64,000 nt of DNA from a virus (Duplodnaviria; Caudoviricetes). The notes under the pieces were generated by a model. That model was not told where the DNA came from, searched no databases, and worked only from the letters and a program-made list of their open reading frames with translations. The stretch lies in the IMG/VR virus record IMGVR_UViG_3300011008_000028; one strand, given 5' to 3'. Below are positions 1-10,256 of the stretch, piece by piece. Within the stretch, counting starts at the first letter, position 1; the number at the start of each line of letters is the position of its first letter. Made by a program: the position numbers and the translations under genes.

Positions 1-110
1 ATCACGGTGCTAAGGATGGTGCATTCGGTTGCTCCCTGAATGATACTGTGTCTCGTTCCTACTGGACTTGTGGCGCCCGCCTCTCCCTGAAACCGACCGG
101 TGTAGTATAG
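1..110 (+). CDS. 3' end of a DGR-type target gene (C-type-lectin-fold variable region), truncated by the window edge
   Basis: Frame 3 reads HGAKDGAFGCSLNDTVSRSYWTCGARLSLKPTGVV*, resembling the GAF..N..S..W..G.R C-terminus of DGR target proteins. Two other copies in the window differ only at codon positions 1-2 of NNY codons. A 30-bp palindrome follows. Confidence 0.75.
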   Translation, partial: HGAKDGAFGCSLNDTVSRSYWTCGARLSLKPTGVV

Positions 111-122
111 TCCAAGACACTG

Positions 123-152
123 TGTCCAGCCCAGGCATGCCTGGGCTGGACA
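123..152. repeat. Perfect 30-bp palindrome downstream of the VR (candidate DGR target hairpin/terminator)
   Basis: TGTCCAGCCCAGGCA|TGCCTGGGCTGGACA lies 12 nt after the VR stop codon, between convergent genes. Confidence 0.85.
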
Positions 153-155
153 TGT

Positions 156-443
156 TCATTGAACTGTCAAGATTTCGACCTTAGTACCGGCAATATCATA
201 GCCGTTGTAATTCCACTGATACTTGTCTGAGCGGTACTTATCAGGCACGCAGTTTTCAGTGATGTAGAATTTGATCTCATCTATACTACGCTGAATAGAT
301 GCCTGCTGTTTAAGTAGAGTATCATATTTAGTAGGCTGATCTGCAACAGCTGCAAGAATTCTGTCATTCACCGCCTGCTGTGCCATGAGATCGGTTAATT
401 TTTTAGCCATATCCTCATGTATATCAAATGTATCTACTACCAT
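156..443 (-). CDS. Hypothetical protein
   Basis: 95-aa ORF with AGGAGG SD upstream. Confidence 0.7.
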   Translation of the reverse strand: MVVDTFDIHEDMAKKLTDLMAQQAVNDRILAAVADQPTKYDTLLKQQASIQRSIDEIKFYITENCVPDKYRSDKYQWNYNGYDIAGTKVEILTVQ

Positions 444-456
444 AGTATTCCTCCTA

Positions 457-1419
457 TCATAAGAGTTTTATGAGCTCCCCGCGTAAGCTCTTGATGTTTT
501 TGTGCTCCTTGACTATTTCAGATGCCGAGATGTTGACAATGTTATTTCCATTGAGTAATGTCATTATCATAAATAGCAGATACTCAATGTTATCAACGGC
601 AAGGGTAGCAGGAGCATAATAGTAGTTGGTCCAAGACCCAAGGAAGGAACCCAGTGTCATATTCTTCATTCTGGGTGAAGCCGTCTTTACCAGATTCAGC
701 ATGTCTGTCAATGTTGCAACATTTGTATCATCATACTGTTTCGTGATATCAATCAGCTGTGTTTCATCCAAGAACTTGATATGAGACTTTGCCAAACGGT
801 CAAGGTTCTCTGGGCTGTCAGATGCATTCATCACCCGTTCCAAGAAGAATCTATTAACCCAATACTGCACGGTATCGAGAATGATCTTCTCTGCAGCAAT
901 AGAATAATCTCTATTGAGAATTCGAACAACGAACTTCGAATAGAGATCCATCAGTATCTTCTGTAGGTACTGAGAAGTGGCCATCATGGTGTAGTTCTTC
1001 TTAAGGCCATTGGCCAGAACAGCTCCTGTGAGGAGATCTCGGAGTATGGAAGGCTCCATGGAATATGTCCCATCACGTGTGATTCGGATATACTTATCTA
1101 CGAATATGTATGTTACATACTTCCCACCTTTCTTGAATGTAAGGAAAGGAATTGCTTGTGTGATTGACAATGATGGAACGTTGTTGTACACCAGTACAAT
1201 CTCATCACTGTCGAATTCTTTCATTGCTGTCCGAACAATGCTATCAGTGATCTGGCGTACAGAGATGTATGCTGCTTCGATATCTTCCATCGTGAGATGC
1301 TTTGCACTCTTGATTAGATCTATTGCCTTTTCATGAGTCTTCTTATTCGGATCAATGTTGTCAATTCCTTTAAAAACTTCCGAGTCCATAAGACTCGATT
1401 CGTTTATTACAATAGCCAT
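457..1419 (-). CDS. Hypothetical protein
   Basis: 320-aa ORF with AAGGAG SD, in an operon-like run. Confidence 0.8.
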   Translation of the reverse strand: MAIVINESSLMDSEVFKGIDNIDPNKKTHEKAIDLIKSAKHLTMEDIEAAYISVRQITDSIVRTAMKEFDSDEIVLVYNNVPSLSITQAIPFLTFKKGGKYVTYIFVDKYIRITRDGTYSMEPSILRDLLTGAVLANGLKKNYTMMATSQYLQKILMDLYSKFVVRILNRDYSIAAEKIILDTVQYWVNRFFLERVMNASDSPENLDRLAKSHIKFLDETQLIDITKQYDDTNVATLTDMLNLVKTASPRMKNMTLGSFLGSWTNYYYAPATLAVDNIEYLLFMIMTLLNGNNIVNISASEIVKEHKNIKSLRGELIKLL

Positions 1420-1442
1420 ATGTTTCAGCTCCTTTTTAATTG

Positions 1443-1715
1443 TTATGGCTTTGTCGGTGGGATAGGAGCACCGGGTCCCTTGGGTCCAGGTTTCTTGGGG
1501 TTAGTCGCACCCTCTGCAGCAGGTGGTTCTGGAGCCTTGTAATGGTTATACAGTATCACGAATGCTTCTTCCATTCCTGATCCACCTACATGTACCAGCT
1601 GGGTATTCTCGATCTTCGTTATCATTCCTGGTGCGGAACCCAGTGCCTGCAAGAACGCGTTGATTTCTCCTTCGATCCGGTCCTGTGGAGCTCGGATTAT
1701 TTTTACAGCCATCAT
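1443..1715 (-). CDS. Hypothetical protein with Pro/Gly-rich tail
   Basis: 90-aa ORF overlapping the exonuclease stop (ATGA coupling), GGAGG SD. Confidence 0.7.
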   Translation of the reverse strand: MMAVKIIRAPQDRIEGEINAFLQALGSAPGMITKIENTQLVHVGGSGMEEAFVILYNHYKAPEPPAAEGATNPKKPGPKGPGAPIPPTKP

Positions 1716-2650
1716 TTGTCAAATACCTCCAATGAATCATTTTGTTGTGGATACAACCCAAAATACATTGTGTTACCTAAGGATGCTTCCAGACCATACT
1801 TGATCATATTATTCTCAATTTCATCATATACAGGAACGTGCCTATGGAGCATGTCTTCCGTAAGATTTATTTGAGAATAATCTCTAATGATAGTTACCAA
1901 GTCTCTCATCAGAGGAATATCATTTTGACCTGCAACTAATAGGTCTCGTAAATGGGGTTTAATATATTGGAGATTCGAGTAGATGTTTTCAATTGATCCA
2001 AAGTGTAGCATCAACTCCATTGCAGTCTTCTTGCCAACACCACGTATCCCAGGGATGTTGTCGGCTCCATCCCCTTGGAGTATCTTAAGATCTATCCACT
2101 GTCTTGGAGTGAGGTTGTAAATCTCTTTCATATATTCAAGATCAATCAGAACGTTATCCTTAGGAGAAAGGATGTTTGTGTGTTCAGTAATAAGCTGGTA
2201 CATATCACGGTCGGATGAAACGATTACGGAATCGAACCCATTCTCATCTCCCCATTTGGATATCATACCAACAATGTCATCTGCCTCAAATATCTCATTG
2301 CTAATACGGGCAAATCCAAGCAGTTCATTCAATGTTCGTATAATTGCCATCTGTTGACCGATGTCTGGGTCAAGTGGTTTACGTTGGGCTTTGTAAGGTG
2401 CATACATCTTCCTTCGGAATGTCCTAGCTCTTCCAAGATCCTCCCCTAACACAAGATACTTTGGGTTGAATGCTTCTTTCAAAAGTCGTAAACGGGAGAA
2501 GAAAATTAGAACTGCATTCACATTGTAGCCCGCACGATTTACTTCAGGTTTCGAATACCAGCCGGAGTATGCAACATTGGCAAAGTCTATAATGAGTATT
2601 ATAGGTCTCGAACCGAAATCCGTTTCTTTTACCTGCATTATTCCTTCCAT
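1712..2650 (-). CDS. 5'-3' exonuclease / flap endonuclease (PolA N-terminal / T5 D15 family)
   Basis: Motifs IIDFAN, FRRKMYAPYKAQR, EADD, SSDRDMYQL and LQGDGADNIPGIRGVGKKTA (H3TH). Confidence 0.92.
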   Translation of the reverse strand: MEGIMQVKETDFGSRPIILIIDFANVAYSGWYSKPEVNRAGYNVNAVLIFFSRLRLLKEAFNPKYLVLGEDLGRARTFRRKMYAPYKAQRKPLDPDIGQQMAIIRTLNELLGFARISNEIFEADDIVGMISKWGDENGFDSVIVSSDRDMYQLITEHTNILSPKDNVLIDLEYMKEIYNLTPRQWIDLKILQGDGADNIPGIRGVGKKTAMELMLHFGSIENIYSNLQYIKPHLRDLLVAGQNDIPLMRDLVTIIRDYSQINLTEDMLHRHVPVYDEIENNMIKYGLEASLGNTMYFGLYPQQNDSLEVFDK

Positions 2651-2664
2651 TCATATCACTTCCT

Positions 2665-2919
2665 TTATAGTGGAATCATATTCTTATTATCAAGCCATTC
2701 AATATTATTCCGTTTTATGTAAAACTTGTATGCTATTTCAGATTCAAATAGATACAGGGATTTATTATGTTTCCAAGGACCATATTTCTTGGAAAGCTCT
2801 TTGCCGGCATTATAAATGTCCTTGGCTTCAATTGTACCGTAATCGACTTCGTTCTTATTCTCATCCAACACGGAATATCAGAATATCCGTAAATCATTTT
2901 TCGCTTCCATTTTTATCAT
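2665..2919 (-). pseudogene. Small gene interrupted by an in-frame TGA at 2878-2880
   Basis: A TATATTAT promoter-like motif, SD and ATG at 2919/2910 give MIKMEAKNDLRIF*YSVLDENK..., in frame with the 68-aa ORF 2665..2871. Confidence 0.5.
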
Positions 2920-2976
2920 CTCCACTCCTATAATATATAAATGAATGAGGAAGGGGATGACCCTTCCTCATTTGTA

Positions 2977-3738
2977 TTACTCATATACGGTGATTTTGAA
3001 TGGCATTGGGTTTCCATTTAAGAATATCGTATCATATGTATGGTCTAGGAGACCATGGGATCCAACCATATTGTCATACCGATCGGTCATGTTTCGAGCA
3101 ATTCCAATCAGTGATCTGTGCTGATATGTTTGGGGTCTTTCATATGTGGGTAATATTGGATATGAGTTCATGATTAATGTATTTTTATCCGCATAATCAT
3201 GAAATGCCGGGAGGTTGTCTTCTTCGGAAAATACTCGGTTCCACCCCATTACATCAGGGCCATATGACTCATATGTAGAATAGGCATCAATGGTTATACG
3301 TATATCCCCATTGTAACCAACTCCATTATCATACATATCTGATACAGGAATTAGTTTACCACTATGGAGTTTAACGCATAAGGTACCGGAGTATACAGCA
3401 AGACCTTCAACATCCGGCTTCTCATTTGTATATCTCATAACGAATGACTTTGGATCCGTACTATAGCCATCGTTAGGTGCCTTTCCAGCAATCTCCACTA
3501 CAACTGGGATCTCTCGGTTATCTCTTAACAATGGGAAATCAAAATACTTGATATCCATGATACGAGTATATACAACCTCAAATGCAGTGATATCACTTTC
3601 AGTAATAGGAGATGGAGAACTTGATGTTCTCCATACTCCATTTACATTTACCCATTCATCGGAAGATCTCCATACACCATTTACACATGTGCTGGGTATG
3701 GTATCACGCCATACACCATTTAGGTTACTAGATGACAT
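2977..3738 (-). CDS. Hypothetical protein, probably tail-fibre associated
   Basis: 253 aa with three N-terminal (V/L)NGVWR repeats, downstream of the large fibre gene. Confidence 0.65.
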   Translation of the reverse strand: MSSSNLNGVWRDTIPSTCVNGVWRSSDEWVNVNGVWRTSSSPSPITESDITAFEVVYTRIMDIKYFDFPLLRDNREIPVVVEIAGKAPNDGYSTDPKSFVMRYTNEKPDVEGLAVYSGTLCVKLHSGKLIPVSDMYDNGVGYNGDIRITIDAYSTYESYGPDVMGWNRVFSEEDNLPAFHDYADKNTLIMNSYPILPTYERPQTYQHRSLIGIARNMTDRYDNMVGSHGLLDHTYDTIFLNGNPMPFKITVYE

Positions 3739-3751
3739 TTCGATCTCCTCC

Positions 3752-4165
3752 TTATGGGCCTACATATTCCCCAAGAGGTTCAGGGATGAACGTACCCTCA
3801 TTCCATCTCTGGTATTCTTCGTATGTTAGCTGGGCAATGTTGACGATCAGAATATCATTGTATTCATCAGGAGCCATTGTCCCAGGAGTACGTTTAACTT
3901 TCCTGGATTCCCTGCGGCACCCGATGAGATACATATAGCCCTCACCTATCTCTTGTTTAGGAGATATGTCACCAGCCTTTTCACGGGTGTACAAATGTAC
4001 CATATTGGATGGATTGAGGAAGTATCTTTCAAGGTTACCCAATCCGATTGAATATGGGTCGACCTCAATTGAAAGACAATCTCTTTCAATTCCTTTGATC
4101 GTTCTGGGACCGCCTAGAATACGTATGCATTCCAATTGGGTTCCATCATTGAATTCCAAATACAT
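3752..4165 (-). CDS. Hypothetical protein (possible tail-fibre assembly factor)
   Basis: The true start is likely ATG 4165 (MYLEFNDG) after an AAGGAGG SD. The longer track ORF overlaps the upstream gene. Confidence 0.65.
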   Translation of the reverse strand: MYLEFNDGTQLECIRILGGPRTIKGIERDCLSIEVDPYSIGLGNLERYFLNPSNMVHLYTREKAGDISPKQEIGEGYMYLIGCRRESRKVKRTPGTMAPDEYNDILIVNIAQLTYEEYQRWNEGTFIPEPLGEYVGP

Positions 4166-4178
4166 TTCATACTCCTCC

Positions 4179-7100
4179 TTATGCGAACTGGAACCAGATC
4201 TCACCGGTTGTGCAACCAACAGGTTTATCTGCAGAAATGGTGATGTTTCTAACAGCTTTCTGATCAATTGCAGCCGACTTGACTGTGGTACTTGTAGGAA
4301 GAACGATTGCATCTTCAAGCTTCTCAGATGTAACTGCCTTATTTCTGATCTTAATTGTTGTAACAGAATCGATTGCCAGCTTATTGCCTGTAATGGACAG
4401 GTCGGCCAGCTTCCTCGATGTAATCGATCCATCAAAGATGTGGGATTCGGTGATCATCGGTTCAAGCTTCAGCTTATTTGCTCCTATGGAGTGATCTGCA
4501 ATCTTGATTCCGGTGATGGAGTAGTCGGCAAGTACACGATTGTCAACGGAAAGATCATCAAGCATGCTGTTGTTAACAGTGAGCCATTCAGGCTGACCAT
4601 TCTCATTGTATACACCCAGTACTCGGTTTGCCATCGATACAGGGCCAAAGAGATCGGCTGTGATTGAACCAGGATCGATCATATCATGAGTGATCTTGGT
4701 CCATTCTGGATCCGTGTTGGCTTCAGTTACAGCAAGAATCATATTATCGAATCTAGATGTAAACAGTTGCTGACCGGTAACTGCACGATCATCGATGTAC
4801 TCTGTGATTACAGCCTTAATTCCAAGCTCGGCTGTTTCGGGAACGAATCTGAAGTCGGAGAAATCATACTTCTCCACCGTCTTCGGTGTTACGGTTCCTC
4901 TTACAAGAGATTCAATTCTGCTGATATCAATAGGAGCATATTCCCTGTCTTTGATCAGAAAATGACCAGAGCCGTTTGTTATACGAACACCTGCATCATA
5001 CATATCAAGGAATGTAGTTGCATCGAACCGTTCGATCAGATTTCCATATGCATCCTGAAGATCAGGTCTCTTTTCCGGTGTAGCCGTACCATTGATCAGC
5101 TTCACAGCGATGGTATCTGAGATTGCCATGATATAACGATACAGATGTTCATTATCTTCTTCGACATTGACTCCATATGTTACTTCGATAGGAGACGACT
5201 CAATAGGATCTGCTTCTCCTCTTACAATTGCTCGGATACGTTCTATCGAAATAGGTGTGAAATACTTATCGCCTATCATAGTACCTGCTGTTTCAATTGC
5301 ATCAGGCATATCTACTTTAGGATCGAACTCAGTAAAGAGTTCAGTATCACCATAATCAGGATAGAAAGAGTATCTTGCAATATCTTCATCTGTTTCGGAA
5401 TCAGTGGACATAATCTCAACTGTACCATCAGATTTCAGATATACAGCAGGCTCTGCTTCCTCATCATCCATCTCGAATATCAATTCACCATTGATAAGTC
5501 TCGGAGTCACGGACGAAGTGGGATCTGCCCATCCCTCTTCTGCTTTACAGAATGCTTCAAGTCTGGATTCATCGATTCTAGATATTACAAGTCCGTCAAG
5601 TTCAATATCCGTTGGCATTGCTTCAGCAATTGCGCCATCATTCAGTATACTCGATATCACCGCTGTATCAATAGGAAGAATGTAAGATCTATCTTCATTA
5701 TTTCCGTTATTGCAGCAGCAACAGCCAGAACCCGACTGATACGAGTCTTCGTCCAGATTAATGAGAAGAGGATCTTTCTCATCCGGAAGTGTATAAGTTC
5801 CTCTTATGAGGGATTCGATATGCTGAATCGGAATTGCTTGTAGTGTATGGCCGCCGTATGTAACCGTTCCCGTTCCTTCGTATGTCGCCGTATTGTTTAC
5901 GATTGCATCCAGGTGGCTGTGTGCAATAGCACCCAACTCATTCCCATTGAATGTGACCGTTCTGGTTGTGTTCAGCGGTACTGTTCCTTCAATTATATCC
6001 GCAATACGATTATCAGGGATATCATCGATATACAACTCTCCAGGATGTTCAGTAAGCTCAAGAGGATCAATCTCCTCAAGACATTTAACTTTCTCCTTGA
6101 GAGAATCATTATATTCATCAATTGCTTCAGCAACATGTGTCTTTACCCACTGAACGTCAGGTATCAGATTTCCGTTACCATTCAGATCAGAAGCGATCTT
6201 GGGAGGACGTACTTCAATCGAAGGTGTTCCAAGAAGCTCAACAGAACGATCAATTTTGTCTGATGTAACAGAACCATTTTCAATCATTCCTTCCGTAACC
6301 TGAGTGAACTTCGGTGTACCATTTGCTTCTGTAACACCAATCACTCTATCCGCTACAGGAGATGTTGTGAGCTTATCAAGGGTAATATAATGGGTAGGGA
6401 TATCTGTCCATAGGGTAGTGATGTTCCCAGCTTCAATAAGCATCTGTCTTACAGTGTTACGTACCCACGCTGTATCAGCAATGGTATGATCATCGGAACC
6501 TTCTGTAGGATGTTCGGTTATTGTCGGGCTTCCATACAGAGTCAAATTCTCTGCAAGCTTTCTGGATGTGAAAGTGTGATCTGCAAAGAATTCTTCTGTG
6601 AGCTTAATGTAGTCGGGATCAGATCCAGGTCTGATAGCACCGAGTACTACATGATCATCTGTAGGTATCCACATCTTACCAGGGGTGATAAGATGATCTC
6701 GAAGCATTTCAGTTTCGATCTGTACCCAGCCAATGGTGTCATCGTCTTTACCGATACCAATCACAACGGATTTGGTATTGGGCTTGAATAGTTTGTCAGG
6801 CGTTACTGATTCCGATGCAAGCTTGTCATCCGTAACGGCACCATTTCGGATATTCTCAGTATCAACAGAATTCAACTGAAGATGTTTCTGAGCTATCGAC
6901 ATAGGAAGAAGATTGGTTGTATCAAATGTGATTTCACCAATCATATCCGATGTTATCTTGGTCCATACTGGTGCTGTATTGGGAGTTGTTACGGCAAGCA
7001 CCATATTTGGATCTGGTGATGTAAACATCTTATCACCTGTAACAACTCTATTCCCGAGCATCTCTGTGGAAATTTTCGACCATGTTGGTGCGTAATTTCC

Positions 7101-9434
7101 TTCACTGTATGTGAGTACAGTGTGAGATTCATCCGGGTTCTTCATCTTTGTCGGAGATATAGAATGATCAGCAATTACGGACTCAACGATTGCTCCAGCA
7201 GCTATCATTGCTGCTGTAATCTTTCTATAAATAGGATGACCTTTATCAGGACCAACAGCTAGTACAGAATTGGCCATATCAGACTCGAAGATATTCTCCG
7301 ACTTAACTTCGGATATACCAATCTTTTGTCCGGTAACTGCTCTATCGCCCAATTTAGAAGTTACAACTGAGCCATTTGCAAGTTCATCTGATGTAATAGC
7401 AGATGCAGCAATTGCCGCTGTGTTTACAGCTTCCGGCTTAATCATATCAGATGTAAGCTGTACCCATTCAGGGTCGCCATTCGTCTGAGTAACTGCAAGA
7501 ATACGATTCTTAACATTGGATGAGAAGAGATGCCTGCCTACTACAGATCTATCGGGGAGATCATCGATAGTGTGATGTGCTAGAGCATATCTAACCCAGT
7601 CTGCATCAACAACTTCATTTCCTGTAGCAGCATATTCAGGAGTATTCTCAAGAGTAGGTGTACCGGGGAAAGATGTGTCATCTGCAAATTCTCTACCTGT
7701 AAGAGTTCCAGATTTAACACTTCTACTTTCAATAGTATCCGAAGCAATCTTATGCCCAGTAATTGTATTATCGGCGATCTTATCTCCGATTACTGCACCA
7801 TTGGCAATCTTGTCCGTGGTTACTGCAAGATCGGATATCATATCCGTAACGATCTTTGTCCATTCTGCATCGCCATTTGCCGTCTTTACAGCCAATACAG
7901 CATTCGCAATTGGAGATGTAAAGATATTACGGCCAGTGATTGTATGGGTATCAATCTTACCTCCAGTAATCGTACCATTGGCAATCTTATCAACCGTAAC
8001 AACACCTGTGCCAAGGTTCATAGTCGTAATCGTAAGATCTGCAATCTTATCACCAGTAAGTGTCTTATTGGCAAGAGCAGAACCGGCAACTCCACCGTCA
8101 CGAATCTCATTGCTGGTAATTGACTTAGGCAGAATTTCAGCCTTGATAGCATTGGCTTCTGTTATGGTAACCTTGATATGGGTTCCATTATATCCCAGAA
8201 ACTGTCCAAGTACTTCACGAAGATCTATGGATGTTTGATTACCATTCAACTCCTGAATTATCAGAGCATGATTAGTATTATCTGGGATGATCTCATCGAT
8301 AAGACCATCAGTTACTATAGTAACTCCTATGGTGGAAGTATCATTGTATGTGATATCAAGTCTACCATTGGACTGTGTATACTGGATATCTGTAACATAT
8401 TTCAGATCTCCAACCAGACCGGTGATGGAGCCTATCAACTCATTCAGTTGATCAATTGCAGCCTGAGTAGATCTGGATATTGGTTTGTCAATATCGGCTG
8501 TGTTATCCACATTGCCCAATCCAACCTGGGACTTGGTTACACCGTGTGGGTTATTGTTGTTATTGAGATGATTTTCATACTCCGTAATATCAACGGCACC
8601 TATTTGTGCAGGTGTAACGTTGTGAGGATTATTAGTATCATTGATATGAGAATATACTCTAGAGGCAAGAGGAGAATCATCCAATTCATCCCAGATATGG
8701 TCAATTCGATCGACCAATTCATTATGAGCCATGGTAATACCTGCCTGGCTCACAAGACCTTCTCCATCGGTCCCCAGTTCATCATATATAGTAGGTCTTC
8801 CGACAATACGATTCCACAGAACCCTGAATACAGATGTATCTGTATCTTCACTGCTGACGGTCAGCTCATCGTCTTCGATGGTAAAGAAGAACTTGGTTAA
8901 TGCCAGATCAAATGCAGTCTCATTGGAATCTACGATCAGATACCCGTTATCATCAATGAAAAGATTGGGATAGAAGTCTTCATCTCCGGAATACTCTATG
9001 ATCAATTCTCCATCCTCATTGACATAGATATTGAATAGATCATTTGTGTATCCATCATTCGGAATAATACCATATGAACGAAGTAATGCACCTACAGCCC
9101 TCTCAGTAGGAATCTTGTAATCAGATTGCTCTCCACCATCATATGGAATATGAGTACTGATTTCGATACTACCAATTGCCCCGGCGATTCCTCCATATGT
9201 AATCAGGTTATTTGCAGGCTTGGCCGGGATGATATTCTGTTTCCCTTCGAAACGTTCATCAATCTCTTCAAATGCCTGTGTCAATGTCTGACTATGCTCA
9301 TCATTCATATCCTTTCTTACGGCATTGAATACTGTGATCGGATATGTATACTTATAATTCAAACTCGGAGGAGGTGATGGATTAGGGTCAATCCAAACCC
9401 GAGACTGAATTATTTCACTTCCAAGATATGCCAT
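4179..9434 (-). CDS. Large repetitive tail-fibre-like virion protein (1751 aa)
   Basis: NNPHxVT/VGLGNVDNTAD fibre motifs, many TxDKIAxxAV decamers and about 10 copies of a ~31-aa LFTS..N.VLAV....P.W..IT.DMI repeat. The N-terminus is paralogous to the ORF at 63051. Confidence 0.75.
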   Translation of the reverse strand: MAYLGSEIIQSRVWIDPNPSPPPSLNYKYTYPITVFNAVRKDMNDEHSQTLTQAFEEIDERFEGKQNIIPAKPANNLITYGGIAGAIGSIEISTHIPYDGGEQSDYKIPTERAVGALLRSYGIIPNDGYTNDLFNIYVNEDGELIIEYSGDEDFYPNLFIDDNGYLIVDSNETAFDLALTKFFFTIEDDELTVSSEDTDTSVFRVLWNRIVGRPTIYDELGTDGEGLVSQAGITMAHNELVDRIDHIWDELDDSPLASRVYSHINDTNNPHNVTPAQIGAVDITEYENHLNNNNNPHGVTKSQVGLGNVDNTADIDKPISRSTQAAIDQLNELIGSITGLVGDLKYVTDIQYTQSNGRLDITYNDTSTIGVTIVTDGLIDEIIPDNTNHALIIQELNGNQTSIDLREVLGQFLGYNGTHIKVTITEANAIKAEILPKSITSNEIRDGGVAGSALANKTLTGDKIADLTITTMNLGTGVVTVDKIANGTITGGKIDTHTITGRNIFTSPIANAVLAVKTANGDAEWTKIVTDMISDLAVTTDKIANGAVIGDKIADNTITGHKIASDTIESRSVKSGTLTGREFADDTSFPGTPTLENTPEYAATGNEVVDADWVRYALAHHTIDDLPDRSVVGRHLFSSNVKNRILAVTQTNGDPEWVQLTSDMIKPEAVNTAAIAASAITSDELANGSVVTSKLGDRAVTGQKIGISEVKSENIFESDMANSVLAVGPDKGHPIYRKITAAMIAAGAIVESVIADHSISPTKMKNPDESHTVLTYSEGNYAPTWSKISTEMLGNRVVTGDKMFTSPDPNMVLAVTTPNTAPVWTKITSDMIGEITFDTTNLLPMSIAQKHLQLNSVDTENIRNGAVTDDKLASESVTPDKLFKPNTKSVVIGIGKDDDTIGWVQIETEMLRDHLITPGKMWIPTDDHVVLGAIRPGSDPDYIKLTEEFFADHTFTSRKLAENLTLYGSPTITEHPTEGSDDHTIADTAWVRNTVRQMLIEAGNITTLWTDIPTHYITLDKLTTSPVADRVIGVTEANGTPKFTQVTEGMIENGSVTSDKIDRSVELLGTPSIEVRPPKIASDLNGNGNLIPDVQWVKTHVAEAIDEYNDSLKEKVKCLEEIDPLELTEHPGELYIDDIPDNRIADIIEGTVPLNTTRTVTFNGNELGAIAHSHLDAIVNNTATYEGTGTVTYGGHTLQAIPIQHIESLIRGTYTLPDEKDPLLINLDEDSYQSGSGCCCCNNGNNEDRSYILPIDTAVISSILNDGAIAEAMPTDIELDGLVISRIDESRLEAFCKAEEGWADPTSSVTPRLINGELIFEMDDEEAEPAVYLKSDGTVEIMSTDSETDEDIARYSFYPDYGDTELFTEFDPKVDMPDAIETAGTMIGDKYFTPISIERIRAIVRGEADPIESSPIEVTYGVNVEEDNEHLYRYIMAISDTIAVKLINGTATPEKRPDLQDAYGNLIERFDATTFLDMYDAGVRITNGSGHFLIKDREYAPIDISRIESLVRGTVTPKTVEKYDFSDFRFVPETAELGIKAVITEYIDDRAVTGQQLFTSRFDNMILAVTEANTDPEWTKITHDMIDPGSITADLFGPVSMANRVLGVYNENGQPEWLTVNNSMLDDLSVDNRVLADYSITGIKIADHSIGANKLKLEPMITESHIFDGSITSRKLADLSITGNKLAIDSVTTIKIRNKAVTSEKLEDAIVLPTSTTVKSAAIDQKAVRNITISADKPVGCTTGEIWFQFA

Positions 9435-9574
9435 GATACCTACACTCCTTTCTTAATAATTAGCTAAGTTCGGTAACATTAAAGAAGGGTTTCAACCAGA
9501 GATTAACAAGCGGGCAGCAGACTTGTCCTGAATTTGAAAAATTTAAATGTTTATAATAAAGGAGGAAATTCATT

Positions 9575-10186
9575 ATGGCAACGAATCCCGTATATCAATT
9601 CCTTGATGATCTCGGAACTCAGGAGTTCATCAGGGTTGTACTTGAAGTAGCTGAAGAGAACTTCGACGATCAGATGACTACCGTAATCAATACAAACTCT
9701 GCTACAGATGAACTCATGCCTACAGCAAAGGCAACGCTTACTCTGACAAGACAGCTTGAGAATCTAATCCAGGAGATCAGTGATACCAAGCTCAAAGGAG
9801 CTAGACTTGTTCTGGATTACATGAGAGGCAGAGAAGGATTGCAAACAGTATTTGCAGAGACACAGGCCGAAGCACTTACTCATCTGAATTTCGTATTTGT
9901 GACGGGTAACATTTCAACTGTTACTGTGCCAAGATCTGATCAGCTGTATTTGCAGCATGATAATGCATCCGATGTAACGTGGAATATGTATGTACATGAT
10001 GCAGCTAAAGGATGGATATGTGTAGGTGAATCCAAATATGATCTTTTGAATTACTGGAGTAAGGGTGAAACCAATAGTTTGATTGAAAGATTCTACACCA
10101 AGTATATCCAGAAGATTACAACAGATGAAATCAAGACGGTTATTAAGAACGCCTACTACACCAAGATACTTCACAGAACGGCATGA
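9575..10186 (+). CDS. Hypothetical protein, paralog family A
   Basis: Shares YQFLD.xG and YLQHD...W.MYV...W...G.....NYWSK motifs with 10257..11138 and 11225..12466. Confidence 0.75.
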   Translation: MATNPVYQFLDDLGTQEFIRVVLEVAEENFDDQMTTVINTNSATDELMPTAKATLTLTRQLENLIQEISDTKLKGARLVLDYMRGREGLQTVFAETQAEALTHLNFVFVTGNISTVTVPRSDQLYLQHDNASDVTWNMYVHDAAKGWICVGESKYDLLNYWSKGETNSLIERFYTKYIQKITTDEIKTVIKNAYYTKILHRTA

Positions 10187-10256
10187 GCAAATATACAGGT
10201 CCCTCAATGAGGGACCTGTATAAATTGCCGTTTCAGAGAGTTACGCCGTTACTGAC

